A DNA stretch of 64,000 nucleotides from Candidatus Cloacimonadales bacterium (GCA_963662275.1 OY759316.1:1440001-1504000), one strand, 5' to 3'; shown: positions 9,060 through 20,241, counted from the stretch's first letter. The notes: generated from the letters alone by a model not told the origin. Numbers and translations: made by a program.

Positions 9060-10929
9060 GTACGATAGTGATAGATAGAAATCGGATGGGTGCAAGTCCC
9101 ATTTCAGGCTACGTCATGCCTGGTAGTCTATGTAACTGCTTCATCGTGAGATGGGGTGGGGAGTAACAAATGACGAAACAGCAGTCCGTAGGATAACGAA
9201 CTCGATTCGGCAGGATACAATGTCGAGCTTGCTAGCCTTAAGCGAAGACCAAAATCTTCTGGAATGATGCACTTCGGGTGAACCGGAGTTTCCCCCGGAA
9301 GATGGCAGACAGGCTGAGATGACGTGCAAAAGCCATGTACTGATTGTATCAAGTGACTGGAGACGGAATGTTGTGAAGGTTTCTATCTCAAGCTATGAGA
9401 CCTGCTGATGGGAAGAGACATCAGCAGGAGTCAGAGTGTTCATAGTAGCGATGATATTCAGGACACTATAACCTGAAAGTAGCGAAGGGGCACAGGAAAA
9501 TGAATTTTGAAAGGAGTATTGATGGAAGATCAACGTTCATTATTGCCGAAAACGGCTAAACAAGAACGAGAAATCCCTCCGCAATGGAGTTGGGTGGAAC
9601 CGTCAGTATGGTCTGACAAAATGTTGGCAGCGCTCGAAATGGGCGTCAAAGGTGGAAAATGGTTCAGTCTGATAGACAAGGTATATGCCATGGCAAACCT
9701 TGCATCAGCTTGGAAACACGTGGCATCCAACAGAGGTAGTGCCGGTATCGACAATGTCAGCATCCAGCACTACAAAAGACATGCGCTGGCAAGATTAGTA
9801 CGAACCTCCGAACTGTTGCAAAAGGAAGCGTATCAACCCAATGGAATCAAACGTGTCTGGATAGATAAACCGGGCAGTAAGGAAAAGAGACCTTTGGGCA
9901 TACCGACCGTCACGGACAGAGTAGTACAAACAGCACTGCGCAATGTAATCGAACCGATATTTGAACAGGGATTTGCCGAACACAGTTATGGCTTTCGTCC
10001 CAAACGCGACTGCAAAGATGCTTTAAGACAAGTCGATGGACTTCTCAAGCAGGGATACGTCTTTGTTGTGGATGCAGACCTGAAAGGATACTTTGACAGT
10101 ATACCGCAGGACAAGCTGATGAAGCGTGTAGGAGAAAAGATAGCAGACGGGAAAGTTCTGAATCTTATCAATGACTATTTGAATCAAAAAGTAATGGATA
10201 CAACGTCAACCTGGACACCGGAAACGGGAACACCTCAGGGAGCAGTTATCAGTCCATTACTGGCAAACATTTATCTGAATCCTCTGGACTGGCTTATGGC
10301 AGGCAAAGGCTATAGAATGATACGCTATGCGGATGATTTTGTAGTCATGTGTCAAAGTCGAGAGGAAGCAGAAATGGCTTTATGTACAATAGGCGAATGG
10401 GTTGAAAAAGCAGGTCTGGTTTTGCATCCTGAAAAGACTAAAATACTGGACGCAGAAACGGAAGCGGTGGAATTTTTAGGATACCACTTCTTCAAGGGTA
10501 AAAGATACCCCAGACAGAAGAGTATCAACAAGTTCAAAGACAGCATCCGTAAATGTACCGGACGCAGTAATGCCCACAGCTTACAAACCATAATAGCTAA
10601 AATCAAGCCGATTCAAAGAGGTTGGTTCGAGTATTACAAACACTGTTACAAAACAGTCTTTCCTAACTTGGATGGCTGGGTAAGACACAGGCTACGCAGT
10701 ATCCTCAGAAAGAGGAAAAAGCGCTATGGTATTGCCACAGGAAAAGACAATATCAGGTATCCAAATTACATCTTTGATAATGCTGGGTTTTTCTCATTAA
10801 CCAAAGCCCATCAGGAATTATGTCAATCTCTTAAATGAGAACTCGTTTTCTGGAGAGCCGTATGCGGGAGAACCGCACGTACGGTTCGGAGGGAGGGGAG
10901 CCAGTAATGGATTACTCCCCTACCCCTAT
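9060..10929 (+). mobile_element. Group II intron, copy 1 (1870 bp)
   Basis: Starts GTACG, ends CCCTAT; domain V GAGCCGTATGCGGGAGAACCGCACGTACGGTTC and domain VI with bulged A; removal restores GGGCTA|TCATC. Confidence 0.95.
9522..10838 (+). CDS. ltrA: Group II intron reverse transcriptase/maturase without endonuclease domain
   Basis: RPLGIP, SYGFRP, GTPQGAVISPLLANIYL, RYADD, maturase X domain; no HNH tail; AAGGAG RBS before ATG 9522. Confidence 0.95.
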   Translation: MEDQRSLLPKTAKQEREIPPQWSWVEPSVWSDKMLAALEMGVKGGKWFSLIDKVYAMANLASAWKHVASNRGSAGIDNVSIQHYKRHALARLVRTSELLQKEAYQPNGIKRVWIDKPGSKEKRPLGIPTVTDRVVQTALRNVIEPIFEQGFAEHSYGFRPKRDCKDALRQVDGLLKQGYVFVVDADLKGYFDSIPQDKLMKRVGEKIADGKVLNLINDYLNQKVMDTTSTWTPETGTPQGAVISPLLANIYLNPLDWLMAGKGYRMIRYADDFVVMCQSREEAEMALCTIGEWVEKAGLVLHPEKTKILDAETEAVEFLGYHFFKGKRYPRQKSINKFKDSIRKCTGRSNAHSLQTIIAKIKPIQRGWFEYYKHCYKTVFPNLDGWVRHRLRSILRKRKKRYGIATGKDNIRYPNYIFDNAGFFSLTKAHQELCQSLK

Positions 10930-10969
10930 TCATCTTGCATCCGTGCGGATTTGGACGGATAAGATATTA

Positions 10970-11413
10970 TCATGAATTATGATCATTTATTACCGGATAT
11001 CCATGGGCAATTAAGAATTTGTTGAATTCTTCCTGATAATCGATCTTTTTGTGATGTTCTTCCTGGTTTTGAATGTACTCTTTCACTTGAGGGATATTGG
11101 ATTTGCTAACGCTGAAAATGCCATATCCAATTTGCCAATGAAATTCGCCTTCATATGTTTCATGCATCCATTTGCTTGAATTAGCCTTGATTGTTCTAAT
11201 AAAATCAGAAATACCCATGTCTTTTGGAAGAAGAGCCAGGATGTGGACATGATCTTCGGTGCCATTCATTTGAATGACCTTACCTTGAACGTTACGGATA
11301 ATTCCGGTTATATATTCAAAAAGACGAGTTCGGACTTCCTGATTGAGCCAAGGGTTGCGGTTTTTGGTTGTAAATATGATGTGTGCAGCTACATGAAAAT
11401 ATGAATGCGGCAT
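10970..11413 (-). CDS. tnpA: IS200/IS605-family Y1 HUH transposase, REP-associated (RAYT-like)
   Basis: HIIFTTKNR, DHVHIL (HUH), WQIGYGIFSVS, YIQNQEEHH; no tnpB; REP clusters on both sides. Confidence 0.88.
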   Translation of the reverse strand: MPHSYFHVAAHIIFTTKNRNPWLNQEVRTRLFEYITGIIRNVQGKVIQMNGTEDHVHILALLPKDMGISDFIRTIKANSSKWMHETYEGEFHWQIGYGIFSVSKSNIPQVKEYIQNQEEHHKKIDYQEEFNKFLIAHGYPVINDHNS

Positions 11414-11491
11414 GGTTACCTCCGAGGTTTCCTTTTAATTGTTTCTATCATGAATTAATATGAATCCTATGTCAAATTGTTTTTTTTTGAT

Positions 11492-11930
11492 AGATGATAG
11501 CCATAGCGTTGTACATGTTTGCCAGATGATAGCCCATAGCGTAAGCTATGGGACGGCGAGTAGATTTTTTTAAACATTTGTGCCAGATAATAGCCCATAG
11601 CGTAAGCTATGGGGAAGGAATTCAATGATTTTGCACACGTTGTGTGCCAGATGATAGCCCATAGCGTAAGCTATGGGAAAGGGATTCAATGATTTTTAAC
11701 ACGTTGTGTGTTAGATGATAGCCCATAGCGTAAGCTATGGGGATACGTTGAATGGGAAATGTTGATAACGAGGTGTCACCCCGACGTGGTTTATATTGTT
11801 TTCGATTCAATTGATCCCCCCATCCACCCATAATTTACATTATGGGCTATCATCTTTCATCCGTGCGGATTTGGACGGTATTGTTCATTCATTGATCCAC
11901 CCATAATTTACATTATGGGCTATCATCTGG
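11492..11930. repeat. REP cluster upstream of tnpA: four hairpins in one orientation, two variants in the other
   Basis: Hairpins start at 11533, 11594, 11658, 11722 and 11827, 11900. Confidence 0.9.
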
Positions 11931-12146
11931 CATCCTTGTGGGATTTAAATTTAACAGGATATCGTAACCTGCTTACTCAATAGTGGCAATGACAGGATAT
12001 TTGAACGGAGTTAAGAATAACAGACTTTACTCAATTCATCGGGCTGAAGAATCAATCTATAAGCCTATCCAGAAAAATCTGATTGACACGAAAACTGAAT
12101 CAATGATAAGCGAACTAGAAGAAAATATTACTATTATGGAGGATTT

Positions 12147-13391
12147 ATGTCAGACCAGTTGATATACGGTACCATCGGTTCGCAGGAAGCCATTGAGTTA
12201 GAAGAGAAATATGGAGCACACAATTATCATCCTCTTCCTGTTGTATTAGCCAAAGGACTAGGACCTTTTTTATGGGATCCGGAAGGAAATCGTTATTTTG
12301 ATTTTCTTTCAGCTTATTCGGCTGTCAACCAGGGACATTGCCACCCAAAGATTATTAAGGCACTTTGTGATCAAGCTCAGGAATTAACCTTAACTTCACG
12401 TGCTTTCTTCAACAACAAGCTTGGCGAGTATGAAAGGTTCATCACAGAGTTTTTCAACTATGATATGGTCTTACCCATGAATTCAGGTGCTGAAGCTGTG
12501 GAAACAGCTTTAAAACTTGCCCGTAAATGGGGATACGAAGTGAAGGGTATTGATAAGGATAAAGCGATCTTAATCTTTTGCGAAGGTAATTTCCATGGTC
12601 GTACTCTAGCTGTTGTTTCAGTATCAACCGATCCTGATTGTTATGGAAATTTTGGTCCTTTCATACCTGGCATGATAACAATACCCTACAACGATCCTGA
12701 AGCCTTGAAAGCGGTTTTAGAGAAGCACGGAAAGAATGTTGCCGGTTTCATTGTTGAACCAATACAAGGTGAAGCTGGTGTATATGTTCCAAATGATGGA
12801 TATCTGAAACAGTGTTATGATCTTTGTAAGCAGAATAATGTACTCTTTATCGCAGATGAAGTCCAGACCGGCATAGCCCGTACCGGCAGACTGATCGCAT
12901 GTGATTATGAAAATGTCAGACCCGATATATTAATTCTCGGAAAAGCTCTTTCAGGTGGAGTTCTACCTATTTCTGCCTGTTTGGCAGATCGTGATATTAT
13001 GATGGTGATCAAACCTGGGCAGCATGGTTCTACCTTTGGTGGTTTTCCATTAGCATGTGCAGTGGCGAAAGCAGCTTTGGAAGTAGTTCGGGATGAAAAG
13101 CTAACCGAGCGCTCATTTAGCCTGGGTGAGTTGTTCCGCTCCGAGTTACGCAAGATAGATAATCCCATGATCAAAATTATACGCGGAAAAGGATTGCTCA
13201 ATGCAATCGTCGTTGAGCCAAAAGCTGGTGTCGAAGCTTGGGATGTATGTCTCATGCTGAAAGAACGTGGATTGTTATGCAAACCGACACATAGACATAT
13301 CATCCGCCTGGCACCTCCTTTAACGATCACAGAAGCTGAGTTAATGGAAGCTGCAGATATTATCAAACAAGTATTCCAGGATTTGAAATAA
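12147..13391 (+). CDS. rocD: Ornithine--oxo-acid aminotransferase
   Basis: [43 protein letters not shown]. Confidence 0.95.
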   Translation: MSDQLIYGTIGSQEAIELEEKYGAHNYHPLPVVLAKGLGPFLWDPEGNRYFDFLSAYSAVNQGHCHPKIIKALCDQAQELTLTSRAFFNNKLGEYERFITEFFNYDMVLPMNSGAEAVETALKLARKWGYEVKGIDKDKAILIFCEGNFHGRTLAVVSVSTDPDCYGNFGPFIPGMITIPYNDPEALKAVLEKHGKNVAGFIVEPIQGEAGVYVPNDGYLKQCYDLCKQNNVLFIADEVQTGIARTGRLIACDYENVRPDILILGKALSGGVLPISACLADRDIMMVIKPGQHGSTFGGFPLACAVAKAALEVVRDEKLTERSFSLGELFRSELRKIDNPMIKIIRGKGLLNAIVVEPKAGVEAWDVCLMLKERGLLCKPTHRHIIRLAPPLTITEAELMEAADIIKQVFQDLK

Positions 13392-13403
13392 ATAATCCAA
13401 ATG

Positions 13404-13426
13404 AGCGGACGAAAGTCCGCTTTTTT
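13404..13426 (+). terminator. Rho-independent terminator after rocD
   Basis: AGCGGAC-GAAA-GTCCGCT followed by a T run. Confidence 0.8.
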
Positions 13427-13445
13427 ATTAAACACGGGAGAATGC

Positions 13446-14252
13446 ATGGAACAAATCATATCAAATTTACATGATCTGTTATTGAGATGGACTTCAACTG
13501 AACGTATCAGTGAAATTCTTCGTTTGATACTGATTATTGTCATTGGTTTTCCTTTTGTTCAATCCGTGGCAAAACTCAGCAGGAAGTTATCAAAGAACAG
13601 GCTGACACCCCAGACAGAGATGCTGATAAACAGGGCAATTCTATACATTGGGTATCTCATTTTGATTGTAACTGTGCTGAATGAACTCGGATTTAAGCTT
13701 TCTGCTTTGTTAGGAGCTGCGGGTATACTAGGTATTGCCATTGGTTTTGCTTCCCAGACAAGTGTATCCAATATCATCAGCGGAGTATTTCTAATCTCAG
13801 AGAAGCCATTTATGGTTGGTGAAGTGATTCAAAGTGGAGAAACCATCGGAACAGTACATTCCATCGACCTTCTTTCAGTTAAATTGCATACATTTGATAA
13901 TCGGTTTGTTCGAATACCCAATGAAGATTTGATTAAAGCTCGTATTTTTAATAATAGCCGTTTACCTATCAGAGCTGTGGAAATCAAAATTACCATACCC
14001 TATAAAGAGAACCTCGGACAGGTTATGAATCTCTTCAAAAAAGAGGCAGAGGCAAATCCACTTACTCTCAAGAAACCAGAAGTACAAATTGCTGCAGAAA
14101 GTATTACCACACAGGGAGTAGTGCTTGTTGTCAGTGCCTGGACTAATACTGAGAATTATGCAAGTCTGAAGACTTCACTCGTAACCAGCATCTATGAATG
14201 TTTTACAAGGGAAAATATCGCTTTCCCATCTCCATCCATGACGATAAATTAA
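13446..14252 (+). CDS. MscS-family mechanosensitive channel
   Basis: GAAGILGIAIGFASQ, KPFMVGEVI, VRIPN. Confidence 0.9.
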   Translation: MEQIISNLHDLLLRWTSTERISEILRLILIIVIGFPFVQSVAKLSRKLSKNRLTPQTEMLINRAILYIGYLILIVTVLNELGFKLSALLGAAGILGIAIGFASQTSVSNIISGVFLISEKPFMVGEVIQSGETIGTVHSIDLLSVKLHTFDNRFVRIPNEDLIKARIFNNSRLPIRAVEIKITIPYKENLGQVMNLFKKEAEANPLTLKKPEVQIAAESITTQGVVLVVSAWTNTENYASLKTSLVTSIYECFTRENIAFPSPSMTIN

Positions 14253-14260
14253 AGGTTGTT

Positions 14261-14944
14261 ATGAAAGATAAATCTGAAGTATTTTCACAATTGAAAGGTG
14301 TCATTTTTGATCTTGATGGTACTTTAATCAATACCCTTGATGATATAGCTGTTACCATGAATGCTGTTTTACGGCAAAATGATATGCCTTCACATCCTAC
14401 AGAAAAATACAAGTTTCTTGTTGGTGAAGGTATCTTTGAATTAACAAAAAAAGTGCTTCCTCCTAAGCAATGGAGTGAACAAAATGCTAAAGAATTTGTT
14501 CAAAGATTCCGTACTTTATATGATCAGACTTGGCATGATAAATCACTTCCTTATCCGGGTATCATAGATATGCTCAAAACGTTGGAAGATAAGGGCATCA
14601 AGATTGGTGTTCTATCAAATAAACCTGATTCCTTCGTGCAAAAGATCATTGCCTGGTTCTTTCCTGATATTCATTTTGTAGGAATTTCCGGTGAACTGGT
14701 AAATATCCCGGCAAAACCTAATCCCCTGCTCGCATTGAAAATAGCCCAGGATATGGAATTGGCAGTTGAACAAATCGCTTTTGTTGGAGATAGTGGTATC
14801 GATATTCAAACAGGTTTAAATGCTGGAATGAAACCTGTGGGAGTTAGCTGGGGATTTAGACCGGTCGAGGAATTGATTTCCACTGGAGCATCCATGATTG
14901 TGAATACTCCAGCAGAAATGATATTCCTATTTGAAAAACCTTAA
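14261..14944 (+). CDS. HAD hydrolase (phosphoglycolate phosphatase-like)
   Basis: FDLDGTL, LSNK, KPNP, VGDSGID. Confidence 0.88.
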   Translation: MKDKSEVFSQLKGVIFDLDGTLINTLDDIAVTMNAVLRQNDMPSHPTEKYKFLVGEGIFELTKKVLPPKQWSEQNAKEFVQRFRTLYDQTWHDKSLPYPGIIDMLKTLEDKGIKIGVLSNKPDSFVQKIIAWFFPDIHFVGISGELVNIPAKPNPLLALKIAQDMELAVEQIAFVGDSGIDIQTGLNAGMKPVGVSWGFRPVEELISTGASMIVNTPAEMIFLFEKP

Positions 14945-17900
14945 TGAATCATAATTGCTTTCTTCACCCAAGTCTGATGATCGCATTCCATCTTAAAGAA
15001 ATAAATACCTGAAGCAGTTTCCCTACCACTAGTATCTTTCCCATCCCATTCCATTGAGTATGTTCCAGCACTTTTATTACCCTTATCCAGGGTTCTAATA
15101 TGCTCACCTTTCACATTGTATATATCCAATCTAAATGATTGTGCTGGTTTTGCCAGATCGTAATGAATCATGGTTTTTCCCATGAAAGGATTGGGATAAT
15201 TCTGACTTAGCTGAGTGATAACAGGCATAATAGGATCGTTGTTAGACGTGATTGCCTGGTTGATGACATTACTTGTATCCCTGTATATAATCTGACCTTC
15301 AAGAGAGTATTCAGCAACAACATAAAATTCATAGTTTCCTGAGCCGAAGAGAACATGCGTATATTGAGTATCTGTGGTGGTATCTGTGAAATTCAGATTA
15401 TTACGTTTGATATGAACCCGATATGAAGTTGGGGCTATTGATCTACCAATAAGCTTTCGTGATATATCACGTCCCAAAGACCATTGAAGTGTTACATGGT
15501 TGCCTGAAATTGTATCTGTTAGATTGAGAATCGGTTGGTAATATTGAAGTACCAAATCATTCAACATAGTATGTTGGGTTGAAATGACTGAAACCGAATC
15601 CAGTTGCGCCCATTGGTAACCAGGTAAAATAGCTACAACGGATGGATATATTCCTTCGTAAGCCGGTAATATATAGTTACCTTGTGCATCAGGATGTACA
15701 GAGTGCTGATCTGGAAGTGCCATTAATTCTACCTGTGTGATATCACCAGTCCCGCCATCCAGGGTAACATGACCTTGAAAATATCCTGGTAAATGATGAA
15801 TACCTCCGACAAAGATATCATCAAGAATGAAGGGTGTAAATTCAATCTGAGCGTGTGGTGAAGCATAAAAACAGATATTCAGGCTCCAAGATTCCAGGGT
15901 TATGGGGAATGATATATTCATGTAGGTGGGAGTATTAACTATAGCTGTATCTGACCAGGCAGTTACCCAAGATGCTTGATCAAAGGAGTACAAACATCCA
16001 TATTCGCAATGCTCATTCAGATTCATATAATTAAACTTAATATTCAATGCTTGGAGGTCATTTCCATTAAGTAATGGAAGTATTAAGTATGAACCATTAT
16101 ACGAACCTGCATCAAAAACAGCTTCTTTACCCTGCGTATGAATATATTGAGCATTCTCGATCGTCACATTCTGCATTGTTAATAAGGGATTCTGCACAGA
16201 TAAACTATCCAGGTTATTCGAAAATAATGGATCTGGAATACCTACAATCAATTCCTGGGTATTCGACCAACTATAACTTCCTGACTGTGCACATACCTGG
16301 TAGTTGCAAATCGACCCTGATGGATAATTCGGAGGTATCTGAATTTGGAAGGATAGCGGAACGACAGTTCCTGATGTAAAATTTACTACATGATTGGCTG
16401 GCAGGATGTTCCATTGTGTCGGGAAGATCGGAAAGACAGATGTTTGTGCGATTGCTATCGCTGAAATATTCTTTAATGATAAATTGAGAGTGACCGTTTC
16501 ACCGGGTTCAGGATACTGATTATTGTTATCCGAAAAAGAAGCACTTATCAGTTGAAGATCTGGTGCATGTGCAACGATGGAGAATTGCAATTCATAGGTT
16601 TTGCTGCCAGCAAGAATGTGCATAGTAAGTGGAATCGAATGCAGATTTGGAACATTCCCTAAGACATGGATTTGTAATGGCTGTGTCGGAGTAGCATCCT
16701 GGTAATAAGAAATCGCCGGTAGGGTTGAATTTGCATTCAGCAAAGTCACATATTGATCAGTTGTCGTTAAAACTAGATTTGATGCAGGCAAGTCATCTTG
16801 ACCTTGATTACGGATAGTCAGATTAATAGTCACAGTTTCTCCAAAATCAGCCTGACTATTGTTATTCCCCGCAGGATCAGAGATTGAAATTGAAGAAATC
16901 ACCGGACGAGGATTCACGGTGATTGGATTGATACTGATAAACCGTAAGGCTGTCTGATTTGCCAAAGGTCTCGCAGATGTTGGATATAAATTGGAATGAG
17001 TATATTGCAATCCAATACTTCCCGTATTATCGCCAATTCCCACGGTTGCATATTCACCATGTGTGAGATAATCCCCGATATAGCTACCTGCATCCACATT
17101 GTTGATAGTTTTATACTGAAAAGTAATGGTATTATCAGATGAAGTTGTGGAATCAGTTGGTGCATCATGAATCCAAGCAGCGAAAGTTTCTATGGAGCTG
17201 GAATTATAGCAGTTTTTCAATCGTGACCATTCAATGATCAACGCATGTAATTCAGGTCGATATTGATAGAATACATTGCCCCCATTAATCGTGAGAAGAT
17301 CATCCCAAAATGGTGCAATAATCGGTTTTGGAACCATTGGACCGGGGATTGACCAGTTCATCCATTCCACACTTCCATTCGATCCGGGCATAATATAACC
17401 ATTACTGCAGATAGTAACATGAGTATATATCTGGCCGTAAAATTTAAAAGAAAATGGCAGTGAAATTGTAGAAAATACTCCGCTGCCGGTTGTGTCATTA
17501 TCGAGAAAATTCAAACCAGTTCCCGTTCCTGCGAGTGTTGGATCAAGTTCAATCCATTGATATGCAGGTGTATAAGCAGAACCAGTATCCCGGCTTTCTA
17601 TACAATAATAACCGTACATATCAGGACCGCTAGGATCATTCAAAGTGGATTGACCTACCTGGATATTAAAGGGAATATCCTGTCCCCATCCGCTATCAGT
17701 ATACATATGAAGCTGAAGAGTGATAATCTGACCATTGATAGCTTCCGTTCCAATTTGAATCTGGTAAGGAATATTCGTTGTATAAGATGTTCCTGCAGGT
17801 ATGGAAGAAATATCCTGGCTGTCTGTGGGGAAGTTGATCATAGTATAGGGAGTCCGTAAACGGGTATGAATTTGTAACCCATTCCACAGACTGAGGTTTT

Positions 17901-20241
17901 GAATCGAAAGCGATAATGGTTTAGTCTCTCCAGGGTTGATAATGTTACCGGAAGTACCAATTTGAACTGTATTGATCAGGAAAAGAAGACCATTTTCCTG
18001 AATACTAAAACTGGAAACATAGGTTTGTGCTCCATCATGTATTGTCAGTTTCATTGGTAAAATAGAACCTTTTGGACAATCTGTAGCTATATGAATTGCA
18101 TAGTTGACTGTAGAGATCCCTTCAGTTCCGGCATTCATTGCTGGGTAAGGGGAACTGGCAGTCTGAATAGTCACAAAGGGATTCTCTGATGAAACGTCGC
18201 CAGTAAGTCCTGTTAATGTATTCGCTGAGTAATTCATCACTTTTATTTGGAAATTTGTCGAAGTCCCAGCTTGGAAAGGTGCATCTACAACTAGATTTCT
18301 ATACTCAGCATTCGCATGGGTAGTTCCAATAGTGATCGTATTCAGAAGTGGTATGTAATGTTGTCTGGTAATCGTAATATTGCATAATCCACTAGTGGCA
18401 TTTGAGTAAGCAAGAATTACATGACCTGTTTCATCTGTATAACCACTGACAAAAATTTCATCTTCTCCTTTTTGCAGACAAACCCAGGCTCCAGAAACAG
18501 GAGAGTTCAGGTTATCACGAACAGTAACGAGCACTGAGCTAGTTCCCGGGGAAGCAGTGAGTGGATAAGAAGCCACCATCGTGTGTGGTGTTTTCAGCCA
18601 TATTTCTGTACTGGGATCGCCCAATAAATTATTAGCCATCAGGTATTGTTTCGTATAATTCTGGGGATTAGAAGGATAATTAGCGATAAGAGCTAACTTT
18701 GAACGGAGTACTGCTTGTCCGGGATTAGAATTATTCTCTTTGTAAAGACCATATGCAAAAGCACCGGTTAAAAGATTGTTGAAACAGGTATGTGTCTCAG
18801 AAGATGGAGCATATACAGCGATAGCACCTTTTGGAGCTGAAGGAGTACCAATTTTCATAAAAGTTTCTGCTTGTGAAATACCTCCTATATTCACATTCGC
18901 ATAATCACCACCAAAACAGGTGATATATGTAATAACAGGGAATTTACCGCCATTTACCAGTGAATTGATATTCTGAATCGAAAAACCGCTGAAATCTCCA
19001 AAACCACGATAATAATATGCACTAACACCCTGGTTAATAGCAGTACTGATTTGGGAAGGATAATTTCCGGTATATAGTTCTGTAAAAGCTTGATTTGGAT
19101 TGTAATCCAGGATCAGGCTTTTGATATACAGCGCTGTTGTTTCTGTTGAAGTACCTGAGTTACGAGAATCACCCACGAGTAAGGTTTTCTCAAACCAATT
19201 ACCGGTTCCTAAATTTAAATCTTTCTCATAGTTGAGTATTCGATTTACCATTGTATTTAATTCAGTTGTACTGGAAAAGCACAATCTACCGATGTATGCA
19301 TCAGGATAATCATCATTACCGGCTAATTTTGTATAATCATTATCACCAACAGTATCAAATTGACTCGGTTGACCAGTGAAGTGATTGACATAGGTCGGGA
19401 TAGATGTAGTTCCAGTTGCATCTCCAACGAGTAAGATATATTCCGGCGGATTCTGCCATGTATTGTAAGCTGTTTGCAAATAATTCTTGATTGCTGTTGT
19501 GGTTGAACCAATATCTAATATGTTAACGGTATGAACTTCATAACCTTTCCGGTGTTTCCAGTCAACGAGTGGTTGTATTGTACTGAGTGAGGATGTGCTA
19601 TTATAAAAGAAGATATAGCTGCCAGGGGTTGTTTCTGATCGTGATGATTCTGAAATAGGGTTCAAAACAAGATCACGAGTAAGATTCATCCAACTTTTTG
19701 AGGAAGGAGGTCTCACCGTGAAGTTCTTTCCTAAGGGTGATGATATGAATGTGATATGTATATTTGCCTTCTTTAATACCCTTGTCAGTCCAGTTTCAGG
19801 ATTATAGAGAAAAGGCTTGATACATAAAGGTGAGATGATTTGATTTCTGCATATTCCAGTTTCACCAATTTCTAAAAACTTTTGGTTTATTGAACGTATT
19901 TTTTGATTGAAATCCGGTTCAGCTTCGTAAAAATTAATTGTTTGTATCGAATCATAGATAGCCGATTCCAATGTTACTTGTGCAATACTACCTTCGGGGA
20001 TGTTTATAAAACGTCCGAATTGTGGCAAGTCAGCAGATGTCTTTACTTCGTTGTCAATTTCTGTATCAGTGAATTTAATTTGCGATAAAGCAGGATGTTC
20101 TCTGGTTGCAGTGATTACATAATCAGGAAGTGTAAATAATATATTGAGTTCCTGACCAGTTGCTCGATCACATTTAAAAACGTCGATTGCATAAGCAGTT
20201 AAGGATAGAAAGAGAATGAGAGATACAAAAAGGTACTTCAT
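14941..20241 (-). CDS. Secreted C25 (gingipain-like) multidomain protein with FlgD-Ig/T9SS-type C-terminal domain
   Basis: Signal peptide, propeptide, EYILLVGD, YIGRL, NLLGDP, C-terminal QNYPNPF...WDGKD..G...SGIYF; AGGAG RBS. Confidence 0.88.
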   Translation of the reverse strand: MKYLFVSLILFLSLTAYAIDVFKCDRATGQELNILFTLPDYVITATREHPALSQIKFTDTEIDNEVKTSADLPQFGRFINIPEGSIAQVTLESAIYDSIQTINFYEAEPDFNQKIRSINQKFLEIGETGICRNQIISPLCIKPFLYNPETGLTRVLKKANIHITFISSPLGKNFTVRPPSSKSWMNLTRDLVLNPISESSRSETTPGSYIFFYNSTSSLSTIQPLVDWKHRKGYEVHTVNILDIGSTTTAIKNYLQTAYNTWQNPPEYILLVGDATGTTSIPTYVNHFTGQPSQFDTVGDNDYTKLAGNDDYPDAYIGRLCFSSTTELNTMVNRILNYEKDLNLGTGNWFEKTLLVGDSRNSGTSTETTALYIKSLILDYNPNQAFTELYTGNYPSQISTAINQGVSAYYYRGFGDFSGFSIQNINSLVNGGKFPVITYITCFGGDYANVNIGGISQAETFMKIGTPSAPKGAIAVYAPSSETHTCFNNLLTGAFAYGLYKENNSNPGQAVLRSKLALIANYPSNPQNYTKQYLMANNLLGDPSTEIWLKTPHTMVASYPLTASPGTSSVLVTVRDNLNSPVSGAWVCLQKGEDEIFVSGYTDETGHVILAYSNATSGLCNITITRQHYIPLLNTITIGTTHANAEYRNLVVDAPFQAGTSTNFQIKVMNYSANTLTGLTGDVSSENPFVTIQTASSPYPAMNAGTEGISTVNYAIHIATDCPKGSILPMKLTIHDGAQTYVSSFSIQENGLLFLINTVQIGTSGNIINPGETKPLSLSIQNLSLWNGLQIHTRLRTPYTMINFPTDSQDISSIPAGTSYTTNIPYQIQIGTEAINGQIITLQLHMYTDSGWGQDIPFNIQVGQSTLNDPSGPDMYGYYCIESRDTGSAYTPAYQWIELDPTLAGTGTGLNFLDNDTTGSGVFSTISLPFSFKFYGQIYTHVTICSNGYIMPGSNGSVEWMNWSIPGPMVPKPIIAPFWDDLLTINGGNVFYQYRPELHALIIEWSRLKNCYNSSSIETFAAWIHDAPTDSTTSSDNTITFQYKTINNVDAGSYIGDYLTHGEYATVGIGDNTGSIGLQYTHSNLYPTSARPLANQTALRFISINPITVNPRPVISSISISDPAGNNNSQADFGETVTINLTIRNQGQDDLPASNLVLTTTDQYVTLLNANSTLPAISYYQDATPTQPLQIHVLGNVPNLHSIPLTMHILAGSKTYELQFSIVAHAPDLQLISASFSDNNNQYPEPGETVTLNLSLKNISAIAIAQTSVFPIFPTQWNILPANHVVNFTSGTVVPLSFQIQIPPNYPSGSICNYQVCAQSGSYSWSNTQELIVGIPDPLFSNNLDSLSVQNPLLTMQNVTIENAQYIHTQGKEAVFDAGSYNGSYLILPLLNGNDLQALNIKFNYMNLNEHCEYGCLYSFDQASWVTAWSDTAIVNTPTYMNISFPITLESWSLNICFYASPHAQIEFTPFILDDIFVGGIHHLPGYFQGHVTLDGGTGDITQVELMALPDQHSVHPDAQGNYILPAYEGIYPSVVAILPGYQWAQLDSVSVISTQHTMLNDLVLQYYQPILNLTDTISGNHVTLQWSLGRDISRKLIGRSIAPTSYRVHIKRNNLNFTDTTTDTQYTHVLFGSGNYEFYVVAEYSLEGQIIYRDTSNVINQAITSNNDPIMPVITQLSQNYPNPFMGKTMIHYDLAKPAQSFRLDIYNVKGEHIRTLDKGNKSAGTYSMEWDGKDTSGRETASGIYFFKMECDHQTWVKKAIMIH

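Noticed and set aside
9151..9163. Intron segment ATGGGGTGGGGAG nearly complementary to the REP flank CTCCCCCACCCAT
   Set aside because: It is explained by an internal stem with CTTCATC capped by a GTGA tetraloop, and the flank differs at locus 1
9522..10838. Retron, DGR or defence-associated RT
   Set aside because: Domains V/VI, the maturase domain and precise intron boundaries identify a group II intron
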